NCBI GenBank assembly: GCA_965214705.1
Contig: OZ243972.1
Span: forward strand, 3,968,001 to 4,032,000
From: Alphaproteobacteria bacterium
GTDB lineage: Bacteria > Pseudomonadota > Alphaproteobacteria > UBA828
Reading direction: 5' to 3'
DNA length: 64,000 bases
A program made the translations under genes and the position numbers. This document shows positions 9,663 to 20,149 of this stretch, in pieces. The notes beneath the pieces are model-generated. The model worked only from the letters and a program-made list of their open reading frames with translations, was not told the origin of the DNA and made no database searches. Numbering within the stretch: the first letter of the stretch is position 1; each line of letters opens with the position of its first letter.

Positions 9663-11309
9663 CCCGGATTTCTCACGAGTATGGTGTGCATCGGGGCTCT
9701 GCTCGTGAGAAAGTTCTTCTGCAACAAAGACTTCACCGGCTGCAGAGGAGTTCCCCGATGCCCGCAGAGTGTAGTCCTCCCGCGATGCAGTTTGCACGCC
9801 TGAACGGGCGTGATGTGGTGGCCGACTTCGGCGGCGGGGTGATGACCTCGGACGCGGGCGCCCTGCTGCTGGGCGCCACGGACCGGGCGATCGGACTGGT
9901 GGATTGCTTCGCCGCCTGCTTCTCGGACGGGCGCGCGGCCTCTCGTGTGGTGCACGACGTTGCCACCCTGGTGGGCCAGCGGGTGTTCGGGATCGCGCTG
10001 GGCTACGAGGACTTGATCGACCACGACGCGCTGCGCCACGACCCCGTGCTGGGGGTGGTGCTGGGGCGTCTGGAGGCCGGGCGTGCGGGCTGTGCGCCGC
10101 TTGCCGGCAAGTCGACGCTGAACCGGCTGGAGCACGCGCCTTCGGGCGCCCATCGCTATCGCCGGATCGGTCATGAGCCTGAGGCGATCGAGACGCTCTT
10201 CGTCGATCTCTTCCTCGACGCCCACGGGCAGGCCCCTGAGCGGTTGATCCTCGACCTCGACGCCACCGACGACCCGCTGCACGGCCATCAGGAAGGCCGC
10301 TTCTTCCACGGCTACTACGACTGCTACTGCTACCTGCCGCTCTACGTCTTCTGCGGCGATCACCTGCTGGCCGCCAAGCTGAGGCGGGCCGACATCGACG
10401 CCAGCGCCGGCGCGGCCGAAGAGGTGGCGCGCATCGTCGCGCGCATCCGCGCCCGCTGGCCGGCAGTGGAGATCGTGCTGCGCGCAGACTCAGGCTTCGC
10501 CCGCGAGGGACTGATGGCCTGGTGCGAGGCGAACGGGGTGGACTATGTCTTCGGGCTCGCCCGGAACCCGCGGCTCACGGACCGCCTGCAACCGGCCCTG
10601 GACCTGGCCGAAGCCCGCTCGCGGGAGAGCGGCCAGCCGGCGCGGCTGTTCACCGAGTTCCGCTACCGCACGTGCAAGACTTGGTCGCGCCCGCGCCGTG
10701 TCGTCGGCAAGGCGGAGTGGATGCCGGGCCGCGCCAACCCCCGCTTCGTCGTCACCTCGCTGAGCGCGGCCGCCATCGACCGGCGGGAACTCTACGAGAC
10801 CCTCTACTGCGCCCGCGGCGACATGGAGAACCGCATCAAGGAGTGCCAGCTCGACCTCTTCGCCGACCGCACCTCGGCTCAGACCATGCGCGCCAACCAG
10901 CTCCGTCTCTGGTTCGCCGCCATGGCCTACGTGCTGCTCGCAGCGCTCAGGCGCATCGCGCTCGCCGGAACTCGCCTTGCCCGCGCTACCTGCGGCTCGA
11001 TCCGCCTCAAGCTGCTGAAGATCGGCGCCCAGGTCCGCCTGAGTACCCGCCGCATCCGCATCGCCATGGCCTCAGGCGCACCCCACGCGCCCGAGTTCGC
11101 ACGCGCTCACGCCCGATTATGCACCTGAGCCGAGCCTCAGGCCCGCTGCCACCCTCCCGCCAACAACCAAAAACCCGCTCCAGCCTCAACCGCGCCCCCG
11201 GCGCCACCGCCACTCCTGCGTCATTACCCGGACCACACCGCAAGGCTACCAACCAAACCCACGACAAACGCCAAACAACCCAACAATGGACGCTCGTGAG
11301 AAATCCGGG
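9663..11309 (+). mobile_element. IS1380-family insertion sequence (transposase 9758-11128)
   Basis: Perfect 17-bp IRs CCCGGATTTCTCACGAG; CTAG on both sides; motifs TSDAGALLL, LDLDATDD, RADSGF, YCARGDMENRIKE. Confidence 0.95.
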
Positions 11310-11313
11310 CTAG

Positions 11314-12630
11314 CAGGCTGCTGAAGAACCCGCCATTTGCGGCTGCTTAGGTGGGTTGGGTCGGTTTGTTCGGGTTATTGGTGGTGCGGTTTGAGGTTCA
11401 CAGCCCGCTGGCGGCGGCGCTGGGAGTGTCTTGCACGGCAGGTGGGCATCAGGTCGCGGCCTCGGCCATGAGTTTGAGCAGCCGGACCAGGTTGTAGGCG
11501 GCGGCGGTCAGGGTGAACATCCAGCCCACCCGGTCGATCCCGCGATGGTGGGTCTTGGCCAGCCCACCGGTGGTCTTGATCCAGCCGAAGCCCTCCTCGA
11601 CGCGTTTGCGCAGCCGCTGGCTCACGGCGTAGCCGGGATGTGGCGGGTGGTGCGCCGGTCGATCCGGGTCTTTCGCCGCTTGCCGGTCTTGGTCGCGTGG
11701 TCGTCGACGGTGATGTGGGGAGTGACGGTGAGGCTGCGCAAGGCGCCCACGAAGTCGGCCACGTCGTAGGCCTCGTCGGCACCCAGCGTGGTCCGCCGCC
11801 CCTTTCTCCGACGCCCCACCATGGCCAGCGCCGCGTCGCGCTCGGCGGTGCCGCTGGCCTCGGTCAACGCGGCGTCGACGATGAGCGCGTTGCCGTTTTC
11901 CATCAAGAGATGGCCCCATGAAGCAGAGCCGGCTCGACTGGCCCTGGCCCTTGCGATAAAGCCGGGCATCGGCGTCGGTCGACGACGCATGCGTCGCATT
12001 GGAGCGGCGCTCGCCGCGGAAGTCGCGTTCGGCGTTGCGCCCGGCGCGCCATCGTCGCCTCCCTCCCTGGGGCAGAAGCTCTTCATCGACGCCCAGGCTT
12101 CGATCAGCGTGCCGTCGACCGAGAAGTGCTCCTCCGACAAGAGCCGGCGAACCCGCTCCCCTTGCAGCACCGCCTGAAGGAAGCGCGCCGCCACATCACC
12201 CACCACCAGGCGGTCGCGGTTCTTCGAGTACACCGTCGCGTCCCACACCCGCTCGTCCATCGACAGCCCGACGAACCAGCGGAACAGCAGGTTGTAGTCC
12301 AGCTGCTCCATCAGCTGGCGCTCCGAACGGATGGTGTAGAACGCCCGCAGCAGAAGCGCCCGCAACAGCTTCTCCGGCGCGATCGAGGGCGGGCCCGTCT
12401 TCGAATAGAGCCGCTCGAAGTCCGGCGACAGGACCAAAAGCGCCTCGTCCACCAGCGCCCGGATCGACCGCAAGGGATGATCCGGCGGAACCCGCGCCTC
12501 CAGATCTACATAGCTGAACAGACTGCCACTGTGCTCGCCCGTGCCCCGCATGACACGCTCCACCCGATTCGCTACCCAATCAGCGAATCACGCCAATCCC
12601 AGCAACGACAAGGAGTTTTTCAGCAGCCTG
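11314..12630 (-). mobile_element. IS5-family insertion sequence with frameshifted transposase (12551-11449)
   Basis: IRs CAGGCTGCTGAA; flanking CTAG; motifs SVDGTLIEAWAS, TLGADEAYD, RKRVEEGFGW spread over different frames. Confidence 0.9.
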
Positions 12631-13794
12631 CTAGTGCAGGGTGCGCAACAGCTCGTGGAGGGCGGCCTTGCGCTCGAAGCCGGCGCCGGGCGCGTCGCCG
12701 AGGCGGACCCGGCCGTCCTCGACCGGGGTGTCGTCGGCGAAGCCGCCGAAGGGCTGGAACACGCCGGGATAGGATTCGCAGCCGCCGAGGGAGAGGCCGC
12801 CGGCGACGGAGAGCGCCAGCAGGTTGCCGCCGTGGGGCAGGAAGCGGCGCGGCGACCAGCCTTCCTCCGCCATCATGGCCACGATGTCGATGGTCTCGCC
12901 CACGCCATAGGCGAGCGCCGGGTCGAACTGGACGTAGTCGATCTCGGGCCGCATCCCGCCGAAGCGGAGCAGGTTGCGCGCGTCCTGCAGCGAGAGCAGG
13001 TTCTCGCCGGTCGCGATGGGGTCGGGGTAGGTCGCCACCACCGCCGCGTTGAGCGAGAAATCGAGGGGGTCGCCCGGCTCCTCGTACCAGGCGAGGCCGT
13101 AGGGAACGAGGGCGCCAGCGTAGCGGCGCGCGGTCCGCTCATCGAAGCGGCCGTTGGCATCCACCGCGAGCCGTGAGCCGTCGCCGCCGAGCAGCGCGAG
13201 CACCGCCTCGATCCGGTCGCGGTCCTCGTCGAGGGTGGCGCCGCCGATCTTCATCTTGACCTGGGTGTAGCCCTCGTCGAGATAGCGCCGCATCTCGGTG
13301 ACGAGGCCATCGGTCCCCTTGTCCGGATCGTAGTAGCCGCCGGCGGCGTAGACCGGGATGTGCCGCTCCGGCGACGGGTTGCCGGCGTCTTCGGCGATCA
13401 GCGCCCAGAGCGGCATGTCGCGGATCTTGGCGGCTGCGTCCCAGACCGCGATGTCGATTGCTGCCACCGCGACCGCGCGCTCGCCGTGGCCGCCGGGTTT
13501 TTCGTTCCGCATCATCAGGCGGCGGACGGCGCGGGGATCGAGCGTGGAGCCGTCGGCGCTCGCGTGTTCCTCCGGCGCTTCGAGCACGCGTGGCGCAAGC
13601 CGCTCACGGATCACGGCGCTCTGGGCATAGCGGCCGTTGGCGTTGAAGCCGAAGCCGACGACCGGCTTACCGTCGCGCACCACGTCGGTGACGACCGCAA
13701 CCGCGCTCACGGTCATCTTGCTGAAGTCGATGACGGCATTCCGCATCGGCGCGCCCATGGGCACGGCAATGTCCCGAATCTCGACGATCCTCAT
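12631..13794 (-). CDS. Mandelate racemase / muconate lactonizing enzyme family (D-tartrate-dehydratase-like)
   Basis: KMKIG, AVDAN, WYEEP, TGEN, PHGG motifs; start overlaps upstream stop. Confidence 0.9.
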   Translation of the reverse strand: MRIVEIRDIAVPMGAPMRNAVIDFSKMTVSAVAVVTDVVRDGKPVVGFGFNANGRYAQSAVIRERLAPRVLEAPEEHASADGSTLDPRAVRRLMMRNEKPGGHGERAVAVAAIDIAVWDAAAKIRDMPLWALIAEDAGNPSPERHIPVYAAGGYYDPDKGTDGLVTEMRRYLDEGYTQVKMKIGGATLDEDRDRIEAVLALLGGDGSRLAVDANGRFDERTARRYAGALVPYGLAWYEEPGDPLDFSLNAAVVATYPDPIATGENLLSLQDARNLLRFGGMRPEIDYVQFDPALAYGVGETIDIVAMMAEEGWSPRRFLPHGGNLLALSVAGGLSLGGCESYPGVFQPFGGFADDTPVEDGRVRLGDAPGAGFERKAALHELLRTLH

Positions 13795-14780
13795 GGCGGT
13801 CCGCCGGGTGCCAGTGAGTCCGCTGTGCAGAGCGCGGCGATGCGGCGGCGTTCGGCTTGCGCTTCGGCAACCGAGACCTGGCGGAAGCGGTAGGTCTCGT
13901 TGGGGCGCGATTGGCCGAGCTTCCACCAGGCGCAGGTGGGCACCGTGTAGGGGTTGATGAAGCCGCCCAGCGTCAGCGTGTCCACCATCAGGATGATGGG
14001 CGTCTGGCCGCAGAGGTTGATGGCGCCGATGGGGTAGCCGTGGTCGATCACGTTGGAGGGATGCTCGCCGTTCTCCGGCGCCTTGTTGGTCGCCTTCTCG
14101 GTGAAGGTCCACTCCGGCCCTTCGAGCCGGAAGCCGACGCGGTTGCTCTTGGGCGAGAGCCTCCAGTCGCTCTCAAGGAAGCGCCGCTTGCCGGCTTCGT
14201 CGATCCAGTCGTCGTTGGGGCCGGCCACCACCTCGATCTCCCAGGCGCCGCCGGCGGGGGCAGGGGGGCGCGTGCCCTCCTTCAGCCTGCGGCCGGGCGC
14301 GGCGTTGTCAGGTGACCCGAGCGGGATGCTCTGCCCTTCCTTCAGAGCGGCTCCCTCGAGGCCGCCGCAGGCGCCGATGACGAAGGTCGCACGGGAGTCG
14401 AGGAAGAGAGGCACGTCGATGCCGCCAGTGAAGGCGATGTAGGTGCGGGCGCCGGTGACGGCGGATGCCAACGCGAGCGTCTGGCCGGCGCGCACGCCGA
14501 TGCTCTGCCAGAGCGGCACGGGCTCTCCGTCCAGGGTCGCCTTCATGTCGGCGCCGGTGAGCGCGATCACGGCGTCGCGCTCGAAACGGAGCGTCGGGCC
14601 GATGAAGGCGCATTCCAGCGCCGCCGCGCCCGGCGCGTTGCCGACCAGGACGTTGGCGAGGCGGAAGGACCAGTGGTCGATGGGGCCCGAGGGCGGAAAG
14701 CCCATGCCGAAGGCGCCCTTGCGGCCTGGATAGTCCTGCACCGTGGTCTCGAGCCCGCCCTTGATAACCGTGACCGCCAT
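13791..14780 (-). CDS. PxpC / allophanate hydrolase subunit 2-like carboxyltransferase domain protein (copy 2)
   Basis: TTVQD.PGR, LANVLVGN, GARTYIA, SNRVGFRL. Confidence 0.9.
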   Translation of the reverse strand: MAVTVIKGGLETTVQDYPGRKGAFGMGFPPSGPIDHWSFRLANVLVGNAPGAAALECAFIGPTLRFERDAVIALTGADMKATLDGEPVPLWQSIGVRAGQTLALASAVTGARTYIAFTGGIDVPLFLDSRATFVIGACGGLEGAALKEGQSIPLGSPDNAAPGRRLKEGTRPPAPAGGAWEIEVVAGPNDDWIDEAGKRRFLESDWRLSPKSNRVGFRLEGPEWTFTEKATNKAPENGEHPSNVIDHGYPIGAINLCGQTPIILMVDTLTLGGFINPYTVPTCAWWKLGQSRPNETYRFRQVSVAEAQAERRRIAALCTADSLAPGGPP

Positions 14781-14811
14781 GACATGTGCTCCCGCGCGCG
14801 TTCCGCGCGAC

Positions 14812-15681
14812 TCAGAACCGCTCGCTCGGGTCGAGGGAGGTGACCCAATCTTTGTAGGCCCGGACCGAGAAGCGCTGGTAGCCGGTGACGTTGAAGGCGT
14901 AGGTGCCCTCTGCCACGCGGCGCTCGATGTACTCGAACTCCTCCAGCTCGACGGGCACGAACTTCACCCGGTCGGCGGCGTCGAGCAGCACCACGCGGTC
15001 GCGGTAGGCGGGAAGACTGGCCTGCGTGTCCCAGAGCGGGACCGGGGTGCGGCCGATCAGGTTGTAGCCGCCGGGCCCCGGCGTCGTGTAGATCGAGGTG
15101 GAGAGGCCGCCGACGCCGATGGCGCCCAAGGTGGTCCAGGTGCGGGGCGGGTTGTACTTGGGCGAGGTGATGGCGCAGCGCGGGTCGAGCGCCACCATCA
15201 ACGGCAGGCCCGGCGTCGAGCAGACGGCGACCACCCAGTGCTCGGTGCCGGAATGGACGCGGGCAAGCTGCGCCGCATCCTCCAGCCCGTTGATGCGGGC
15301 CACGAACTCCGGGTCGCCGTCGCGGGGCGCGATGCGCTGGGCGTAGTCCTCGACGCAGGCCTTGGTCCAGGGGTCGCGGTACATCACCGGCAGGTAGGCG
15401 AGGCGGCTCTCAAGCTCCAGGTCTTCGACCGAGCCGAGGCCCTCGATCAGGCGGCGAAGCTCATGCGCGAGGTCGTCCGCGCCGATCAGGTCGGGGTCGT
15501 ACTCCACCACCACGGAGTTGTAGGAGGGGTTGGTGTCGATGACGCCCTTGGTGCGGTCCTCGCGCAACGCGGCGGTGAGGCCGAGGGCCATGAAGTTGAG
15601 GTCGATGCGCGCGTCGTCGCCGAACTGCACCAGCACGAAGGTATCGCCGCCGGGCAGGAAGCGCGGCTCGTCGTAGATCAC
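14812..15681 (-). CDS. PxpB / allophanate hydrolase subunit 1-like protein (copy 2)
   Basis: PKYNPPRTWT, PGGYNLIGRTP. Confidence 0.9.
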   Translation of the reverse strand: MIYDEPRFLPGGDTFVLVQFGDDARIDLNFMALGLTAALREDRTKGVIDTNPSYNSVVVEYDPDLIGADDLAHELRRLIEGLGSVEDLELESRLAYLPVMYRDPWTKACVEDYAQRIAPRDGDPEFVARINGLEDAAQLARVHSGTEHWVVAVCSTPGLPLMVALDPRCAITSPKYNPPRTWTTLGAIGVGGLSTSIYTTPGPGGYNLIGRTPVPLWDTQASLPAYRDRVVLLDAADRVKFVPVELEEFEYIERRVAEGTYAFNVTGYQRFSVRAYKDWVTSLDPSERF

Positions 15682-16661
15682 CCGGCGTTCTCCAGGCTCG
15701 ACTCGGTGCAGAGCGCGTCGATGGCGCGGCGTGCGGCCTGCGCCTCGGTCACCGAGACGAGGTGGAAGCGATAGGTGTCGTTGGGCTTCGACTGGGCCAG
15801 CTTCCAGAACGCCGCCGACGGCACCGTGTAGGGGTTGATGAAGCCTCCGGCGGACGGACCGTCGTTCACCAGGATAATCGGTGTCTGGCCGCAGAGGTTC
15901 ACCGCGCCCACGGGATAGCCGTGGTCGAGGATGTTGGAAGGATGCTCGCCGTGCTCCGGTCCCTTATCGGTGGCGCGGGCGGCGAAGGTCCATTCCGGGC
16001 CGGAGAGGCGATAGCCGGTGCGGTTGCTGCGGGCCTGGAGGGTCCAGTCGCTCTCCAGGAACATGCGCTGGCCTGCTTCGTCGATCCAGTCGTCGTTGGG
16101 GCCGGCGACGACCTCGATCTGCCAGCTGTTCTCCTCCGGGATGGGCGGGCGGCAATCGTCCTTCACGTGCCGGCCGGAATGGCCGTTGTCGCCGCCTGCG
16201 CCGAGAGGCAAGTGCTGGCCGTCCTCGATGGCGTGACCCTCCATCCCGCCGACGCCGGCCATGTGAAAGGTGGAGCGCGAGCCCAGCACCGGCGCCGTCT
16301 CGATGCCGCCGGCGACAGCGAGGTAGGCGCGGGCGCCGATGCGCGCGAAGCCGGTCTCCAGCACCCCACCGGCGGGGACGGCGACGCTCTCCCACTGGGG
16401 TATCGGCGCGCCGTCGAGTTTGGGCGCCATGGTGGCGCCGGTGAGGGCGATCACGGTGTCGCTCGCGAAGCGGAGCGTCGGGCCGAGGAACTGGATCTCC
16501 AGCCCCGCCACGTCCGGCGCATTGCCGACCAGCAGGTTGGCGAGGCGGAAGGACCACATGTCGAAGGGGCCTGAGGGCGGGAAGCCCTGCTCCCAGAAGC
16601 CGTAGCGGCCGGGAAAGTCCTGCACGCTGGTCTCCAACCCGGCCTTGACCACCTCGATCAT
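15678..16661 (-). CDS. PxpC / allophanate hydrolase subunit 2-like protein (copy 1)
   Basis: TSVQDFPGR, LANLLVGN, SNRTGYRL; clear paralog of 13791-14780. Confidence 0.9.
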   Translation of the reverse strand: MIEVVKAGLETSVQDFPGRYGFWEQGFPPSGPFDMWSFRLANLLVGNAPDVAGLEIQFLGPTLRFASDTVIALTGATMAPKLDGAPIPQWESVAVPAGGVLETGFARIGARAYLAVAGGIETAPVLGSRSTFHMAGVGGMEGHAIEDGQHLPLGAGGDNGHSGRHVKDDCRPPIPEENSWQIEVVAGPNDDWIDEAGQRMFLESDWTLQARSNRTGYRLSGPEWTFAARATDKGPEHGEHPSNILDHGYPVGAVNLCGQTPIILVNDGPSAGGFINPYTVPSAAFWKLAQSKPNDTYRFHLVSVTEAQAARRAIDALCTESSLENAG

Positions 16662-16755
16662 GGTTGCCCCCCAAGTTGCTCGGCTTGCAACATGGCTTGC
16701 GAACTGTGGAAAAAGCAGGGTGAGACTTTTCGATCACCGAGAGTACGGTCGAGCG

Positions 16756-16872
16756 CCCCCTCCTCACCCCGGCCCTCTCCTCCCCGTGGGGGAGGAGAGG
16801 GGGATTCGACGGAGCCGCCTGCATTCCCCCTCCGCCCTTGGGGGAAGGGGGACAGGGGGAGGTGGGGAGGGG
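16756..16872. repeat. REP/RPE-like palindromic miniature repeat inside the operon
   Basis: Hairpin CCCTCTCCTCCCC-GTG-GGGGAGGAGAGGG (16773-16801), a second C/G-rich hairpin, and outer CCCCTCC...GGAGGGG arms. Confidence 0.65.
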
Positions 16873-16881
16873 CGGGTCGCA

Positions 16882-17751
16882 TCAAAACCGCACGCTCATG
16901 TCGAGGGTTGCGAGCCAGGCGTGATAGGCCCGGATCGAGAACTTGGCGTAGGCCGCAACCTGGTGCTCGTACTCGCCGCTCTTCACCTGGGCCTCGACAT
17001 GGTCGTATTCCTCCCGGCCCACGGGCACGAAGCGCACCCGGTCGCCGGGCTTGAGCAGGGCGAGGCGGTCGCGGAAGGCGCGGAGCCGCTGCTCCAGGTC
17101 GACCACCGGCACCGGCGAGTGGCCGATGATCTGGTAGCCGCCCGGCGTGCGGGCCGGATAGAGGCAGGTGACCGAGCCGCCGTAGCCGAGCGTGCCTTTC
17201 GGAGTCCAGGTGCGTGGCGGGTTGTACTTCGGTGCCGTGAGGCGGCAGCGCGGGTCCAGCGCGATGAGCGAGGCGAGGCCCGGATAGAAGCCCAATGCCG
17301 CCACCCAATACTCGGTGCCCGAATGGATGCGGGCGAGCTGCGCGCGGCTCTCCAGCTTGTTGAGCCGCACCATGAGGTCGGGGTCGTACTCCTTCTCGAC
17401 GATGCGGGCGCAGTAGTCCTCCCAACAGGCGCGGGTGACGTGATCGAAGTAGAGCACGGGGAAGGTGTAGAGCGGGCTCGGCAACTCCACGTCCTCCAGC
17501 GAGCCGAGAGAGGCGAAGATACCGCCGATTTCGCGCACAACGTCGTCATAGCCGATCCGGTCCGGATCGTAGCTGATGACGATGGAGGCCATGTTGGGCA
17601 GCAGCTCGATGATGCCGTCGAAGTCGGCCTCGCGGACTCGCGCGGTCAGCGCGTGGACCAGGAAGTTGAGGTCGAAATTGAGTTCGTCCCCCAACTCCAT
17701 CTCGATGAAGCGGTCGCCGCCCGGCGTGAATCGCGGCTCGTCGTAGATCAT
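16882..17751 (-). CDS. PxpB / allophanate hydrolase subunit 1-like protein (copy 1)
   Basis: GFYPG, PKYNPPRTWTP, TPGGYQIIG; paralog of 14812-15681. Confidence 0.9.
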   Translation of the reverse strand: MIYDEPRFTPGGDRFIEMELGDELNFDLNFLVHALTARVREADFDGIIELLPNMASIVISYDPDRIGYDDVVREIGGIFASLGSLEDVELPSPLYTFPVLYFDHVTRACWEDYCARIVEKEYDPDLMVRLNKLESRAQLARIHSGTEYWVAALGFYPGLASLIALDPRCRLTAPKYNPPRTWTPKGTLGYGGSVTCLYPARTPGGYQIIGHSPVPVVDLEQRLRAFRDRLALLKPGDRVRFVPVGREEYDHVEAQVKSGEYEHQVAAYAKFSIRAYHAWLATLDMSVRF

Positions 17752-17913
17752 CGTGCGCGCCGGCCTCCGCCGCGTGTTCCACCCGGCAGACGCGCCGGTG
17801 CGTTGGGTTCTAGCGCGATCGGCGGGGCGGAGCCAAGCGCGGCGCCTCTCCCGCCCGGATCGCCGGCTCTGCTATAACGGGCCTGGCACGCCGGAGCGGG
17901 CAGGGGGGACGCC

Positions 17914-20109
17914 ATGCCGACAATGGAACCGTTGATCTCCGAGACTCCGTGGCATCGCCTCGTCGCCGACGAGGACGACTGGCGGAGCGAGGACCCGCAG
18001 GTCCTGGCCTATCTGCTCGAGCAACTCTTGCTCATCCGCCGCTTCGAGGAGCGCATCCTCGAGCTCTTCAAGGCGGGCTGCGTGCACGGGCCGGCGCACG
18101 CGAGCATCGGCCAGGAGGGCGGCGCGGTCGGGGCCATGTCGACGTTGACCGACGTTGACAAGATCAACGCGACGCACCGGGCGCATCATCAGTTCCTCGC
18201 CAAGTTCCTGAACCACGCGGCGCCGTCGGACTACGACCCGCGCGAGGACGACTGGCCCGAGGGGATGCAGGAGGTCGTGCACCGCTCGATGGCCGAGATC
18301 ATGGGCCTCTCGCCCGGCTATTGCGGCGGGCGCGGCGGCTCGATGCACATGCGCTGGGACGAGGCCGGCGTGCTCGGCACCAACGCGATCGTCGGCGGCA
18401 ACCCGCCGCAAGCGGTGGGCTATGCGCTGGCGGAGAAGCTGAAGCGGAGCGGCAATCTGACCGTCACCTTCTTCGGCGACGGCGCGATGCAGAACGGCGC
18501 GGCTTACGAGTCGCTCAACATGGCCGCGCTCTACGACCTGCCCATCATCTTCTTCGTCGAGAACAACCTCTACGGCGTCTCCACCCATGTCTCCGAGACC
18601 ACGCGGGAGACGCGGCTCAGCGCGCGGGGGCAGGGGCTCGCGGTGCCCTCGGTCGAGGTCGACGGCATGGACGTGATGGCGGTGCGCAAGGCGATGCAGT
18701 GGGCGCGCGGCCAGATCGAAGCCGACACGGGGCCGGCGCTGGTCGAATCGCTGACCTACCGGTACTTCCACCAGCACGGGCCGATGAAGGGCAGCGCCTT
18801 CGGCTATCGCGACAAGGACGAGGAGGAGGCCTGGCACGCCCGCGACCCGGTGACGACCATGCCGAAGCGGCTGATCGAGGCCGGCGTCATGGACGAGGCC
18901 GGAATCGCGGCCCTGGAAGAGCGCGCCCGCACGGCCGTGGAGAGCGCCGCCAAGGCGCTGACCGAGACCGAGCCCGGCTCCAATCTCCTCCGCGTCGTGC
19001 CGGCGCTCTGGCCCGACACGGTGGAGATCGACATCGGCATCCGCGGCGACCTCTCGGAACTCGACGGCGTGCCGCGCATGGAGCCCGAGGACGTGGACCC
19101 CAACGCGGCGCAGGAGATGACCTACATCGAATCCATCGCCGCCGCGCAGTTCCACGCGATGGAGCGGGACGAGAGCGTGATCGTGCTGGGCGAGGACGTG
19201 CACCGGCTCAAGGGCGGCACGGTAGGCGCCACCAAGGGGATCGGCGAGGCGTACCCCGAGCGCCTGATCGGGACGCCCATCGCGGAGAATGGGTTCTGCG
19301 GCATGGGGCTGGGCGCGGCGGTCAACGGGCTGCGCCCCATCGTCGAGATCATGTACGCGGACTTCTGCCTGGTCGCGGCCGACCAGCTCTTCAACCAGGC
19401 CGCCAAGGTGCGCCACATGTTCGGCGGCGGCCACGACGCGCCGCTGATCCTGCGCGCCCGCGTGGCGGCAGGCGGGGGCTACGGCTCGCAGCATTCGATG
19501 GACCCGTCGGGCGTCTTCGCGCTCTGGCCCGGCTGGCGCATCATCGCGCCGACCACGCCGTTCGACTACGTGGGGCTCTTCAACAGCGCGGTGCGCTGCA
19601 ACGACCCGGTGGCGATTATCGAGTGCCAGGCGCTCTATCAGGGGAAGGGCCTGGTGCCGGAGGACCTCGACTACTGCATCCCCTTCGGCAAGGCGCGTAT
19701 CGTGCGCCCGGGCAGCGCGTGCACGGTGGTGACCTGCGCCAATATGGTGCCGGTGAGCGTCGCCGCCGCAGACGCTTCGGGCATCGACGCCGAGGTGATC
19801 GATCTGCGCACGCTCGATCCGCTCGGCATGGACTGGGAGACCATCGGGGCCAGCGTGCAGCGCACGAACCGGCTGCTCATCGTCGAGCAGACCGCGCGCG
19901 GGCCCTCGCTCGGCGCGCGCATCGCCCAGGAGGCGCAGGAGCGGCTGTTCGACTGGCTCGACCACGAGATCCTGCGGGTCTCCGGCTCGCAGGCGGCGCC
20001 GGTGGTCTCCAAGGTGCTGGAGACGGCAGCGCTCGCGCAGGAAGACGACGTGATCGCGGGCCTTCGCGCTGTGACCGAGGTGGCGCCACTGCCGGACGCG
20101 GCGGAGTAG
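17914..20109 (+). CDS. Fused 2-oxoacid/acetoin dehydrogenase E1 alpha+beta
   Basis: HASIGQE, GRGGSMH, TPP motif FFGDGA...ENN, TPIAENG, GSQHS, IDLRTL. Confidence 0.93.
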   Translation: MPTMEPLISETPWHRLVADEDDWRSEDPQVLAYLLEQLLLIRRFEERILELFKAGCVHGPAHASIGQEGGAVGAMSTLTDVDKINATHRAHHQFLAKFLNHAAPSDYDPREDDWPEGMQEVVHRSMAEIMGLSPGYCGGRGGSMHMRWDEAGVLGTNAIVGGNPPQAVGYALAEKLKRSGNLTVTFFGDGAMQNGAAYESLNMAALYDLPIIFFVENNLYGVSTHVSETTRETRLSARGQGLAVPSVEVDGMDVMAVRKAMQWARGQIEADTGPALVESLTYRYFHQHGPMKGSAFGYRDKDEEEAWHARDPVTTMPKRLIEAGVMDEAGIAALEERARTAVESAAKALTETEPGSNLLRVVPALWPDTVEIDIGIRGDLSELDGVPRMEPEDVDPNAAQEMTYIESIAAAQFHAMERDESVIVLGEDVHRLKGGTVGATKGIGEAYPERLIGTPIAENGFCGMGLGAAVNGLRPIVEIMYADFCLVAADQLFNQAAKVRHMFGGGHDAPLILRARVAAGGGYGSQHSMDPSGVFALWPGWRIIAPTTPFDYVGLFNSAVRCNDPVAIIECQALYQGKGLVPEDLDYCIPFGKARIVRPGSACTVVTCANMVPVSVAAADASGIDAEVIDLRTLDPLGMDWETIGASVQRTNRLLIVEQTARGPSLGARIAQEAQERLFDWLDHEILRVSGSQAAPVVSKVLETAALAQEDDVIAGLRAVTEVAPLPDAAE

Positions 20110-20149
20110 GCAGAGGACAGTAAGGCCACCCCACCCTGTCCCCCACATT

